From Candidatus Daviesbacteria bacterium (lineage in GTDB: Bacteria > Patescibacteriota > Microgenomatia > Daviesbacterales > UBA10151): a stretch of DNA of 64,000 nt. The translations under genes were made by a program, and so were the position numbers. Shown piece by piece: positions 19,666-29,070 of this stretch. Under the pieces are notes generated by a model, which saw only the letters and a program-made list of their open reading frames with translations, made no database searches and was not told the DNA's origin. The DNA is taken from contig JACPKP010000002.1 in NCBI GenBank assembly GCA_016186955.1, positions 5,566-69,565 on the forward strand. Direction: 5' to 3'. Numbering within the stretch: position 1 is the first letter of the stretch; every line of letters starts with the position of its first letter.

Positions 19666-20790
19666 CTATCCTCCGCCTCTATAAATTTTAGGTGTCAGCC
19701 AGTCTGGCGTTGGGGTCCCCCCATCTGGTGAGGCCGTTGCTGCGAATTCCCCGGACGGTACCTCCTCCGGTGATGGTACATCCTGTTGCGGTTGTATGTT
19801 TGTTGCCCCGATTTTTTTTTGGACTTGTTCTGTTTGAGGCTGTTGCGGTTGCTGCCCGGCTGGCGGTGAGCCTGCCGGATCCGCTGGCGGCGTTACGGGA
19901 ATCTGGAAGACTTTACTCAAGTCAAAGCCCTGCACAGCAGGTTCCTGCTGGGGTGGTTCGCTATACTGGATAGGGCTTGCATGCCCGCTAGCAGGCTGAA
20001 CAGGAGTTTGCACGGGTTGCGGAGTCTGCACGCTTTGGCCCTGCACCCTCCCGCCTGCCTGCATCGCCTGCCCTAGAGAAATAAACGTATCCGCAGTTAG
20101 GTTGTTTGTCAAATTGCCGGTTGCATCATAGATCCCTGTCAGGATATTTGTTGCAATATCCCCATCCAGGTTCAAACCCAAACCAGGAATAAGCTGTATC
20201 ATCATCTCGGAGATGGAATTGGTTGCAGGATCCACTATATTTACAGAACCAAAATTGGAGTTGAGGGATGAGTTATCAATATTTATAAGCGGGATATTTT
20301 GAAAACTCTGGATGTTTTGCTGGTAAACTGCACCAAGTTGGTTGGGCTGACCGGCGCCTATTGTAAAAATCATGTTGTAAGCGCCGCCCTGATATTTTGG
20401 GGTAATATGAACCGGCTCAAACCTCTGGCCGGGCACAACATGAAAAACCAGATTTAAGTTGGCGCCCTCAGGGTACCAGTCCAGCTTCTCAAGCGCAGGG
20501 ATCTTCCCTGAAGAATCCACCACGCCTTCCAACATCAAAGTTAAATCACCGCCGCCCTTAGGCAGTTCATTTGCCACATCCCCAACTCCATATAAATTAG
20601 TGTGTGAAACCCTGATTGTATCCTGTGTCACTAATGCCGCCCTTTTACCCGACTGTTGCAAAGAAAGCATCAGGGACAACGCAGCAGCCAGCTTATCCAC
20701 AGTAATTTTGGTAGGAAGAAAGATCAATATGTTTGAGGCTGAGGAAACCTGGTTTTTTAAATCTCCAAGCTGTAAGTCATATTTAGACAT
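19666..20790 (-). CDS. DHH/NrnA-like protein with degenerate catalytic motifs and a Pro/Gln-rich tail
   Basis: DHH-family layout (ILIFLP..VDKLAAALSL, INIDNS, SISEM, IATNILTGIYDAT) but no DxD or DHH; ends PDWLTPKIY. Confidence 0.7.
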   Translation of the reverse strand: MSKYDLQLGDLKNQVSSASNILIFLPTKITVDKLAAALSLMLSLQQSGKRAALVTQDTIRVSHTNLYGVGDVANELPKGGGDLTLMLEGVVDSSGKIPALEKLDWYPEGANLNLVFHVVPGQRFEPVHITPKYQGGAYNMIFTIGAGQPNQLGAVYQQNIQSFQNIPLINIDNSSLNSNFGSVNIVDPATNSISEMMIQLIPGLGLNLDGDIATNILTGIYDATGNLTNNLTADTFISLGQAMQAGGRVQGQSVQTPQPVQTPVQPASGHASPIQYSEPPQQEPAVQGFDLSKVFQIPVTPPADPAGSPPAGQQPQQPQTEQVQKKIGATNIQPQQDVPSPEEVPSGEFAATASPDGGTPTPDWLTPKIYRGGG

Positions 20791-20839
20791 ATTTTGTGCA
20801 ATTTTACACCTTTTTTAAAATGGGTGCAAGCCTGAAAAA

Positions 20840-21043
20840 TCAAATGGGATCAAAGAAGTGGCGGAATAAAGGTACATAAAGATTATCCATCTCTATTTTT
20901 TCCTCAGGCGTCAATGGACCTTGTTTATAATGGAGCTCCCCGTAGCGGGCCATTGCTTGGGAATAATTTTCCCCGTCAAACAGGTCATTATAGGTAAAGG
21001 TGAGTAGTGCACTGCCCAAATCCTGTTCCGGGCTTTTTGGCAT
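20840..21043 (-). CDS. Small hypothetical protein
   Basis: 67 aa with TTGACA and a -10 box directly upstream. Confidence 0.5.
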   Translation of the reverse strand: MPKSPEQDLGSALLTFTYNDLFDGENYSQAMARYGELHYKQGPLTPEEKIEMDNLYVPLFRHFFDPI

Positions 21044-21128
21044 ACAAACAGTATATTACCACAAATTTTTTCTTTGTCAACCTTGATATGACCAAGGCCT
21101 ATTCAGTCTATAAAAGAGGATTTTGAGA

Positions 21129-21458
21129 TTACCCGCAAGGCCAGTCATGTCTTTTTCTTCCTTCTATGAATTTATCTATTATTACTTGATGCCGTCTATA
21201 TAATTCAAGCTCCTCTCCAAAATTGGCCTTTTGCTCTTCACTTGGATGAGGAAATGCAGTTTCAAATTGACCTATGGTAAAAACTTCTGTTATTTCATCA
21301 TGGGATTTAGGTTGATCTATTTTTAACAGATTTTCAATACTTGGATGTTCCATGCAGTGAACATATTGTTCACTATAAACCGTTCTCTCTTCTGCCACAT
21401 GATATTTTCTTACAAATTCTTCTGAATTTGGGCAGATCTGAATTTCAGGCAAAGACAT
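21129..21458 (-). CDS. Hypothetical protein
   Basis: ORF with TATAAT 7 nt before ATG (MSLPEIQ). Confidence 0.55.
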   Translation of the reverse strand: MSLPEIQICPNSEEFVRKYHVAEERTVYSEQYVHCMEHPSIENLLKIDQPKSHDEITEVFTIGQFETAFPHPSEEQKANFGEELELYRRHQVIIDKFIEGRKRHDWPCG

Positions 21459-21485
21459 GCTTAACATTATAACACAGGTTTCAAC

Positions 21486-21536
21486 TTATAATGTTCTAAA
21501 ACTTTGGACTAAATCCCCAATCTGGAAATCAACCTG
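21486..21536 (-). repeat. Second copy of the last 17 codons of infB
   Basis: Encodes QVDFQIGDLVQSFRTL*; 44/51 nt identical to 22404-22454. Confidence 0.92.
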
Positions 21537-21546
21537 ATATTTTCAT

Positions 21547-22203
21547 TTACTTGACTAATTTGCCTCCAATTTTTTTTGCTAAATTCCGGAAATAATCTTT
21601 TAGCTCATCTAAAGTCAGCGGCAAAATCATCTTAGGAAGATACTCAAAAGACTCTACTTTTAAAAAACTTGAAGCGATGACTAGTGGGTCAGTTTTTATT
21701 CCAAATTTTTTCTGTACTCCTCCTATTAAATCCCAAATTGTAAATCTTTTTAAAAGAAAATAAAGGTCAACAAAATCTTTAACTTCTGCCCTTTGCTCTG
21801 TCATCAATAACTTATTGGCAGCAATATCAAATAAACTGTCAACCTTAACCCCATCTTTTACAATTAAAGGCTCAAGTCTTTTATAAGGATAAAACGCAAA
21901 ATCTACCTTGACTGCATTTTGTTTAGGGAAAGTTAAAATATAAACTTGAGTTTCTTCAGCCGGGACATACTCAATTTTAAAGTGGTATTTATTTTTTAAA
22001 AGATTTAATTTTGTTAATATAGTTTGAGAGTCGAATTCCTGTTCTGAAAAAAAATCCAGGTCAACTGAAATGCGGTGGTTAAGGTAATACAAAGATAAGG
22101 CAGTCCCGCCGGAAAAATAAAAATTAGCGCTAAGAAATGGATCCACTGCAAATTCAGAAAGTAACAATTTTTGCTCAGAAGAAATAATAGTTATTTTCCC
22201 CAT
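21547..22203 (-). CDS. AbiEii/AbiGii-family nucleotidyltransferase toxin
   Basis: FYFSGGTALSLYYLNHRISVDLDFF, IAANK, KDFVDLYFL. Confidence 0.88.
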   Translation of the reverse strand: MGKITIISSEQKLLLSEFAVDPFLSANFYFSGGTALSLYYLNHRISVDLDFFSEQEFDSQTILTKLNLLKNKYHFKIEYVPAEETQVYILTFPKQNAVKVDFAFYPYKRLEPLIVKDGVKVDSLFDIAANKLLMTEQRAEVKDFVDLYFLLKRFTIWDLIGGVQKKFGIKTDPLVIASSFLKVESFEYLPKMILPLTLDELKDYFRNLAKKIGGKLVK

Positions 22204-22391
22204 ATTAGAAGCTGAAATAATCTCTTTCTGAGGGGTAAGAGGTGTAATTTACCCCAATGCTTTTTAACTTCCTCCAGTTTTATCCTCTTATTACCCTCTC
22301 TGCCATAGTTAATTAATCTTTCAAGCAGTAAGATTCTGCCTGATTCGGTTTTTTGAAGTTTTTTTTGGTCATAATCCCAAATTAGAGCCAT
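22191..22391 (-). CDS. Small cognate antitoxin-like protein (DUF6922-like)
   Basis: LIWDYD...LLERLINYG; overlaps the start of the toxin gene. Confidence 0.7.
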   Translation of the reverse strand: MALIWDYDQKKLQKTESGRILLLERLINYGREGNKRIKLEEVKKHWGKLHLLPLRKRLFQLLIWGK

Positions 22392-22403
22392 ATTTTTATT
22401 ATA

Positions 22404-23888
22404 CTATAACGTCCTGAAACTCTGCACTAAATCCCCGATCTGGAAATCAACCTGGGGCTCAAATATCATCCCGCATTCATCCCCCTTTTCAACCTTCACT
22501 ATCTCTTCCTTAACTTTTTTAATGGATTTTATCTTCATCTCTCCTATAACCTTATCTCCACGCACAACCCTTGCCTTTGGCCCTTTTGAAATATTACCGT
22601 CTAAAACCTTACATCCTGCAATCCGCTCGTTTTTGCCATACGGAAATTCTGCCACAATCTGCGCAGTCCCAAAAACCTCCTCAATCGCCCCCACTTTTAA
22701 CATCTCCTCCACTACCTGTTTTAACTCATCAATCAACTCATAAATTATTGTGTAAGTCCTGACTAAAACATGCTCATTTTCTGCAATCTTTTGGGCGGTC
22801 GGGACAACAATACTGTTAAAACCTATCACAATTGACCTAGTTGAGGCAGCAAGTTTTATATCTGATTCCATAATCCCACCTGTCCCTGAAGATATTACCT
22901 TGACATGCTCACCCCCAGTATTAAATCCCTTGAGCGCTTCCTCTATCGCTTCCAACGAACCCTGTTTATCAGCTTTTATCACCACATTCAAAGTTGTGGT
23001 ATCAGCCTGCCTCAATTTATCAATTAAAGATCTGGTTTCACTTGACTCTTGACTCTTGACTCTTGACTCTTCCCCCAGAGCTGCCCCCACCTCAGGCACA
23101 ATTTCCAAACCCAAAACTTCAACCGGTGTTGAGGGGCCGGCGCTGTCAACAGGTTTGCCGGCAAAATCAAACATCCCCCTGATCTTACTTTTAACTCCGC
23201 CCAGCGCTATCTGGTCGCCTTTTCTTAAAGTTCCACTGCGCACCAATATTGTTGCAATCGGGCCTTTAAATTTATCCAGGTTCGCTTCAATTACCACTCC
23301 CACAGGTAAGGCCAGCGGGTCACCTTTGATCTCGTTTAACTCCGCCACCAACAAAATCATCTCCAAAAGTTTATCCACTCCTACCCCTGTTTTTGCTGAA
23401 ACAGGCACAACCGGCACATCCCCTCCATACTCTTCCACCAAAACCTTTTGGTCAGACAATTGTTTTTTAATTTTTTCAGTCTGGACCTTAATATCAATCC
23501 CCGGCAGGTCAATTTTGTTTAAAGCCACTATCATGGAGACTTTAGCTTCCTGGATATGTTTTATAGCTTCCACTGTCTGAGGCATCACCCCATCATCTAA
23601 AGCTACAACCAATACAGCAATATCCGCAACTTTTGCACCTCTTGATCTCATTTTTTCAAAAGCTGCATGGCCCGGAGTATCTATAAAAGTTATCGTATCT
23701 TCCTCATCACTTTTGACTTTTGACTTTTGACTTTTGACTTTTACCTGGTAGGCCCCAATCGCCTGAGTAATCCCACCATGTTCTTTGGCTGCAACAGAAG
23801 ATTTCCTGATAAAATCGAGCAGGGAAGTTTTTCCATGGTCAACATGGCCAAGTATTGTGACTATCGGCGGTCTGGTTTGCTCTGCCAT
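22404..23888 (-). CDS. infB: Translation initiation factor IF-2 (short form)
   Basis: RPPIVTILGHVDHGKTSLLD, GGITQAIGAY, DTPGHAAF, NKID; start at MAEQTRPP. Confidence 0.97.
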   Translation of the reverse strand: MAEQTRPPIVTILGHVDHGKTSLLDFIRKSSVAAKEHGGITQAIGAYQVKVKSQKSKVKSDEEDTITFIDTPGHAAFEKMRSRGAKVADIAVLVVALDDGVMPQTVEAIKHIQEAKVSMIVALNKIDLPGIDIKVQTEKIKKQLSDQKVLVEEYGGDVPVVPVSAKTGVGVDKLLEMILLVAELNEIKGDPLALPVGVVIEANLDKFKGPIATILVRSGTLRKGDQIALGGVKSKIRGMFDFAGKPVDSAGPSTPVEVLGLEIVPEVGAALGEESRVKSQESSETRSLIDKLRQADTTTLNVVIKADKQGSLEAIEEALKGFNTGGEHVKVISSGTGGIMESDIKLAASTRSIVIGFNSIVVPTAQKIAENEHVLVRTYTIIYELIDELKQVVEEMLKVGAIEEVFGTAQIVAEFPYGKNERIAGCKVLDGNISKGPKARVVRGDKVIGEMKIKSIKKVKEEIVKVEKGDECGMIFEPQVDFQIGDLVQSFRTL

Positions 23889-23920
23889 ATTTTTTATTTT
23901 TACTACCCTCAAACAAGTTG

Positions 23921-23948
23921 AGAGATTTCTCACTTTATTCGAAATGAC
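23921..23948. repeat. REP-like GTCAT-family palindrome between nusA and infB
   Basis: Minus strand GTCATTTCGAATAAAGTGAGAAATCTCT. Confidence 0.55.
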
Positions 23949-24017
23949 AACAATGAATCTGAAAAAATAAGGATTAGAAACTAAGAATTAAAGTGTTGCA
24001 AAAAAATCATAAACTTT

Positions 24018-25385
24018 TCATTCTTTTTTCTTTTCACTTACTTGGTCAGTCTCTTTCATATCCTCTTCTGCATCAGCTACAGCCTCTGCCTGTTCTTGTT
24101 CAACAGGTTCTGCCTGAACCTCACCTGCCTCTTCTTTTACAGCCTCATCAATATCCTTTTCCACCTGTTCAACTACTTTTTCCGGCTTCACCCCGGAGGT
24201 GTTGTCTGCCGGCTTTTCTTTTTTCTCATGAGTGCCTTTCTCTTTTGTTTTTTTCGGCTTTTTTCCTTTTTCCTTTTTTTCATCCTTCTTGCCCTTTGCA
24301 TTTTTATCCGCTGGCTCCTTTGACTCTTTTGCTGCCTCTTTTTCCCCACTTTCTTCCTGGACTCTAGACTCTTGCGTGCCCGCTGAAGCTTCGGCGGAAG
24401 CGGGCAACTTGTCACTGCTTTCGCCACTACCCTCGATATCAATCTTCCATCCGGTTAATTTTGCAGCCAACCGGACGTTTTGCCCGCCTTTGCCTATCGC
24501 CAAAGACAGCTGGTTGTCAGGCAGTTTTACTTTCGCCTCTCTGGCCTCTTCATTCAAAGTAACCTGTATGTCTTTCGCCGGGGAAAGGGCAGCAGCAATA
24601 AACCTGGCCGGGTCCTCTGAAAAAGAGATAATATCAATCTTTTCTTCTCCCAACTCGTTAATAACCGCCTGAACCCTAACTCCTTTTTGTCCTACTAAAC
24701 TGCCCACCGGATCCACTCCGTCCTGATGTGACAAAACAGCCACTTTGCTTCTCCCCCCAGCTTCCCTGGCAACTTCCTTGATTTCAACCGCGCCTGATTG
24801 GATTTCAGGCACTTCCAAAGCAAAAAGCCCTTTTACCAGCGCCGGATCTGTACGCGATACAACCACCTCAGGACCCCTGCCACCTTCCCTGATCTCTTTG
24901 ATAAAAACTTTCAAGCGTTGGTTTGGGGAATAAAACTCATCCCTGGTCTGTTCTGATGGTGGCATAATCCCCTCAGCTCTCCCCAAATCTACAAAATAAG
25001 TATTGCCTTCATGCCTCTGTATTGAACCTGAAATAACAGTCCCAACTTTTTGGGCATATTCATCTATAATCGCTCCTTTTTCTGCTTCATGCAGTTTTTG
25101 GGCAATCACCTGTTTGGCTGTCTGGGCTGCAATCCTGGCAAACCCGGGCGGTGTAACATTAACATCCCCCCTAAATATTCCTATTTCACCGGAGGCAGGG
25201 TTAATTTTGGCGATTAATGTATCAAAATCATCAGGGATGGGTTCGTTTCTGTATGAAAGGTCTTTCCTGTATGCGGCAAGCGCTGCCTGTTCAATGGCAT
25301 CTATGATAACCTGGGTATCAACCCCTTTTTCAGAGGCGATCTGGTTAATGGCAGCTGCAAATTCTGTCCTTGCTTGTAAGGCCAT
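24018..25385 (-). CDS. nusA: Transcription termination/antitermination factor NusA
   Basis: FARIAAQTAKQVI, VVSRT, LEVPEI, AREAGGRSKVAV, DPVGSLVG, LSLAIGKGGQNVRLAAKLTGWKIDI. Confidence 0.97.
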   Translation of the reverse strand: MALQARTEFAAAINQIASEKGVDTQVIIDAIEQAALAAYRKDLSYRNEPIPDDFDTLIAKINPASGEIGIFRGDVNVTPPGFARIAAQTAKQVIAQKLHEAEKGAIIDEYAQKVGTVISGSIQRHEGNTYFVDLGRAEGIMPPSEQTRDEFYSPNQRLKVFIKEIREGGRGPEVVVSRTDPALVKGLFALEVPEIQSGAVEIKEVAREAGGRSKVAVLSHQDGVDPVGSLVGQKGVRVQAVINELGEEKIDIISFSEDPARFIAAALSPAKDIQVTLNEEAREAKVKLPDNQLSLAIGKGGQNVRLAAKLTGWKIDIEGSGESSDKLPASAEASAGTQESRVQEESGEKEAAKESKEPADKNAKGKKDEKKEKGKKPKKTKEKGTHEKKEKPADNTSGVKPEKVVEQVEKDIDEAVKEEAGEVQAEPVEQEQAEAVADAEEDMKETDQVSEKKKE

Positions 25386-25393
25386 ATAAATTT

Positions 25394-25457
25394 AAAGGTG
25401 GGACAAGCCCACCCTAATACAGTTGATATTGTAATCTCAAAACAACCCAAAAGTCAA
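25394..25457 (-). promoter_or_regulatory. nusA promoter and leader hairpin
   Basis: TTGACT-N18-TACAAT, then GGTGGG-CTTGT-CCCACC-TTT, which resembles rimP/nusA leader hairpins. Confidence 0.5.
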
Positions 25458-25468
25458 CCCTTAGGCAG

Positions 25469-25498
25469 AAAAAAGCCCCCCGCCAACCGGCAGGGGGC
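25469..25498 (-). terminator. Intrinsic terminator of the cold-shock gene
   Basis: GCCCCCTGCC-GGTT-GGCGGGGGGC followed by T6. Confidence 0.85.
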
Positions 25499-25520
25499 AA
25501 AGACACCTGGAACCTGAACG

Positions 25521-25895
25521 TCAACCGGCCTGCTGCTGGACCAGCTTCTGACTAGGAAACCTGAATTTCGCCATCAAGTGCCACAAGGCATCGACGGCGT
25601 TTTCATGGACCTCCAAGTAAGCCCAACCAACCGCTCTTGAATCACCGTTGGCTGAAACAACCCGAACAAACACCACCCGCGGGGAGACACCCCCATCCAG
25701 AGCTTGCTGTTCGTTTGGTGAGACGACCTCACCTACTTTTGGATAATCCCATCCGAAAACCCCGGATTCAAGATCCACCCGGGGAACCCGGACAGCTTCA
25801 AGCCGGAAGTAAACATCCCTTCCGCCGGAATCAGGGACTATGAAACCATAGCCCCGATCCTCCCTGTAGAACTTCACGGTCCCTGTCTCAGCCAC
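25521..25895 (-). CDS. Cold-shock domain protein with a C-terminal extension
   Basis: GTVKFYREDRGYGFIVPDSGGRDVYF; GTG start after GGGAGG; promoter TTGACA-N18-TACAAT at 26018-25989. Confidence 0.8.
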   Translation of the reverse strand: MAETGTVKFYREDRGYGFIVPDSGGRDVYFRLEAVRVPRVDLESGVFGWDYPKVGEVVSPNEQQALDGGVSPRVVFVRVVSANGDSRAVGWAYLEVHENAVDALWHLMAKFRFPSQKLVQQQAG

Positions 25896-26031
25896 TCGAA
25901 AAACCTCCCAATGTTTCTTTCCAGATGCCATTGCACGAAGACAATCACAAACCGCTTAAGGTTTGCCACCATCTTTTGATGCGGGGGAATTGTAACACAA
26001 ACAGAATCAAGATGTCAAACTATGAGCTACC

Positions 26032-26418
26032 CTAAACTTTAATTACAAATGTACTTGCTATTTTGTCATGCAACCCCTGCTTTTTAGCATCAAATGCTAT
26101 CATTAAATACCCTATGCCCAAAATAATTCCGGAGATCATCTTCCCTATTATCTCCCTTAAGAAAAAGGTCATCAGTGTCGGTGTCTTACCCGACACATCA
26201 ACAACCTTGATATTCATAATTTTCTTACCAATAGTTTGGGTCTGAGACTGCTGGTAGAAAACATAATAGCCTATGCCAAGCCCCAGCTGTATGATCATAC
26301 CCAAAAATCCAAGCTTAATGCTGGTAAGAACCAACATCAGTAAAAAACTCACCACACCTACAATGAGGGCGTCGATAATTGCTGCCACAAACCTGATCCA
26401 AAAACCTGCATAATTCAA
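26032..26418 (-). CDS. RDD family membrane protein
   Basis: YAGFWIRFVAAIID, QTIGKKIMNIKVV, KQGLHDKIASTFV; TTG start after GGAGGTG. Confidence 0.9.
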   Translation of the reverse strand: MNYAGFWIRFVAAIIDALIVGVVSFLLMLVLTSIKLGFLGMIIQLGLGIGYYVFYQQSQTQTIGKKIMNIKVVDVSGKTPTLMTFFLREIIGKMISGIILGIGYLMIAFDAKKQGLHDKIASTFVIKV

Positions 26419-26471
26419 ACTAATCACCTCCCTTTGACATACTGTTTTCAACAGCGTAACATAAATCTACT

Positions 26472-27530
26472 ATGGAAGAAAATAGCAACCAACCCGACTG
26501 GTCCATTTCTGAGCTTTACGAAAAAAGTTGGGAGATAATCAAAAAAAATAAAGTACTTTGGGTTTTTGGGATGGCGCTGGCTGGGGCAGGATCATCCTTC
26601 AGCTCTTTTAGCAACTCTTCTTCCAATTTCAAAGATCTAATCAACCCTTCTTCCAGCCCCTTGGCTTCCCCTGCTTCAAACCAGATCAGCCAGGTGCTGG
26701 GTGCAGCGGCCTCAAACCCGAACTTACCCGACATAGGGCAAATTATCTTAATTCTCCCCTGGTACTTATATTTAATTTTAGGCAATATGGCGCCAATCCT
26801 CGCAAGCATCCCCTGGTACTTATATTTAATTTTAGGCCTGGAAATATTAGCCTTGGTTATTCTGGGTTATACCATCAGTATAATTTATAGTGTCTGGTCA
26901 CACGCCTCCTTAATACAGGGCGTGCAGAAAGCCCTGGGCAGTGAAAAACTAACCATAGCCGACACCTCTGAAAAGGCATTTCCAGCCATTAAGTCCTTAG
27001 CATTTTTAAGTATTGTACCAAGCTTTGTTATTGTTGGTGTGGGAATAGTCATGTCCGCAGTTTTTATATTCTTGCTGACGCTTGGCGGCGCTGTATTTAA
27101 AATTATAGCCGGGCTTTTACTGGCAGTTTGGGTTATCTTTTTCCTGCTGGCTCTTATTATGCTCTCTTTAACCTTGATCTGGTCTTACAGGGAAGTCATC
27201 CTCAGGCAAAAACCGGCCATGGAAGCGTTCAAAAGAGGCTACTATCTTGCCAAGAAAAAGCTTTGGTCAATGCTTTTGCTGGGTCTTGTCAATACCATTT
27301 TATCTGCAGTTGTCACAGGTATTCCAATTGTTGTAGCTTTTGGTGTTGTAGTAGGCGGCTTTCTTAGCTTAAGCGCCTTCAAGGATTTGGCTGTGGTTCT
27401 GATTATATTAGGAACCATCCTCTTCTTTGTGGTCATTATCGGGCTAACATTGCTTGGAGGAATCTTGAATGCCTTCAAAACTTCTGTCTGGACAATTGCT
27501 TATAACAAAATAGCCAAAAAATATGGATAA
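26472..27530 (+). CDS. Polytopic membrane protein
   Basis: About 6-7 hydrophobic segments; KSWEIIKKNKVLWVFG N-terminus. Confidence 0.75.
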   Translation: MEENSNQPDWSISELYEKSWEIIKKNKVLWVFGMALAGAGSSFSSFSNSSSNFKDLINPSSSPLASPASNQISQVLGAAASNPNLPDIGQIILILPWYLYLILGNMAPILASIPWYLYLILGLEILALVILGYTISIIYSVWSHASLIQGVQKALGSEKLTIADTSEKAFPAIKSLAFLSIVPSFVIVGVGIVMSAVFIFLLTLGGAVFKIIAGLLLAVWVIFFLLALIMLSLTLIWSYREVILRQKPAMEAFKRGYYLAKKKLWSMLLLGLVNTILSAVVTGIPIVVAFGVVVGGFLSLSAFKDLAVVLIILGTILFFVVIIGLTLLGGILNAFKTSVWTIAYNKIAKKYG

Positions 27531-28143
27531 CAACAGAAATGCATCGTTTGGATTGCGGTTTTTAGCCACTATCACTGAATTTTTTATTTTTCTGAGCATG
27601 CATTTATTGTTTTGGTTTTTTCTTATTCAAAGCAGTTCAATTTCCCAATTTTTTTATAATTTCATTTTATACTTGGTTGTCTTGGCGCTATCCCCTTTAG
27701 GTCTTTTGCACAGTCTTTTGTTCACATACTACCTGGGGGGGACTATAGGCAAGCTGGTTACCGGACTGAAAGTGGTAGATCGTTTAGGGCAACGTTTGAA
27801 TTTTAAAAGGGTTTTTTTCAGGCAAACCATCGGCTACCAGTTTTCATCCCTGGTATTTGGGCTGGGTTTTTTGTCTATCTTAAAATATGAAAATAAACTG
27901 GCTTGGCATGATAAGGCATCAGGTTCAAAAGTAATTGTTGCAAAAAATCTCTGGATGTTGTCTGCAGTTTTGGCGGTTATATTTTTCGTCTTCAACCTTT
28001 ACCTTGCTGTGTCTGTTTTGGATAAGGCATTCACAAGCCCGCTGCCCGGAGAAATATCAGAAATGTTTAAATCTGTTGGAAAATCTCAAATCCCTGCAGA
28101 AGAATCCACTCCCTCCGCCTTACCCAAACTCCGTGTTGACTAA
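27523..28143 (+). CDS. RDD family membrane protein
   Basis: ASFGLRFLA, GTIGKLVTGLKVV, AWHDKASGSKV. Confidence 0.85.
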   Translation: MDNNRNASFGLRFLATITEFFIFLSMHLLFWFFLIQSSSISQFFYNFILYLVVLALSPLGLLHSLLFTYYLGGTIGKLVTGLKVVDRLGQRLNFKRVFFRQTIGYQFSSLVFGLGFLSILKYENKLAWHDKASGSKVIVAKNLWMLSAVLAVIFFVFNLYLAVSVLDKAFTSPLPGEISEMFKSVGKSQIPAEESTPSALPKLRVD

Positions 28144-28158
28144 CTCCCAACCTCCAAC

Positions 28159-29070
28159 TCAAAACCAGCTCTTTTTTTTACCTAAACTTTGGGCTAACTG
28201 CTCATAAAGCTGTTTTTCTTTACTGGTTAAATTTTTGGGCACCTCTACTTTAACCCTCACATAATGGTCGCCGCTTCCACCTTTAAGGGTTGGCACACCT
28301 TTACCTTTGACCCTAACCAGGGAACCTGGCTGGGTTGCAGGAGGTATCCTCAGTTTGACTTTTCCATGGATAGTTTTAACTTCAATAGTGTCTCCCAAAA
28401 CCGCTTGCGGCACTGGAATTGTCTCCTCTGTAAAAATATCCGCGCCTTCTCTGTGAAAGAAAGGGTGGCGCCTGACCCGGAAAACTATATCCACATCCCC
28501 AAAACGCATCCTGGTGCCCTCATCAACCCCGGCCGGGATTTTAATAGTCATCCTCTCTTTCGCCATCCTTCCCTGGTTGCCTTCTACTCTTTGTATCTCT
28601 ATCTCTTTTGTTACGCCATGGACTGCCTCATCAAAAGTCAAATCCATCTGGTAAGTCTGCCTTCTCCTAAAACCCCTGCTAAACTCTGCCCCAAATCCGC
28701 TCATCCCAAAGATCTGCTCAAAAAGTTCAAAAGGGTCAGCAAAACCCTCACCCTGACCACTCGATGAAGACCAGCTATAGCTAAAACCGCCGTTGCCAAA
28801 AGGATTGAAACCGCCCTCAAAAGGATTGCCAGCCCGCTGGCCGCCTCCGCCGGGGGCAAACGCGCTATGCCCAAACTGGTCATAAGTTTTTCTCTTCCCC
28901 GGGTCTGATAAAACCTGATAAGCTTCAGACACCTCCTTGAATCTCTCTGCAGCCCCGGCGGTTTTATCCACATCAGGGTGATGCTGCCTGGCCAGTTTTC
29001 TGTAAGCAGATTTAATCTCCGCCTCAGAAGCAGACTTACCAACACCTAGAATTTCGTAATAATCACTCAT
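28159..29070 (-). CDS. dnaJ: DnaJ-class chaperone lacking the zinc finger
   Basis: J domain with HPD, G/F region, C-terminal domain; no CxxCxGxG repeats; at the end of the dnaK cluster. Confidence 0.9.
   Translation of the reverse strand: MSDYYEILGVGKSASEAEIKSAYRKLARQHHPDVDKTAGAAERFKEVSEAYQVLSDPGKRKTYDQFGHSAFAPGGGGQRAGNPFEGGFNPFGNGGFSYSWSSSSGQGEGFADPFELFEQIFGMSGFGAEFSRGFRRRQTYQMDLTFDEAVHGVTKEIEIQRVEGNQGRMAKERMTIKIPAGVDEGTRMRFGDVDIVFRVRRHPFFHREGADIFTEETIPVPQAVLGDTIEVKTIHGKVKLRIPPATQPGSLVRVKGKGVPTLKGGSGDHYVRVKVEVPKNLTSKEKQLYEQLAQSLGKKKSWF

Noticed and set aside
21486-22454. Diversity-generating retroelement TR/VR pair
   Set aside because: The differences are synonymous and not restricted to adenines, and there is no reverse transcriptase in the window.
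23889-23933. N-terminal extension of IF-2
   Set aside because: The GTG lies inside a REP-like palindrome.
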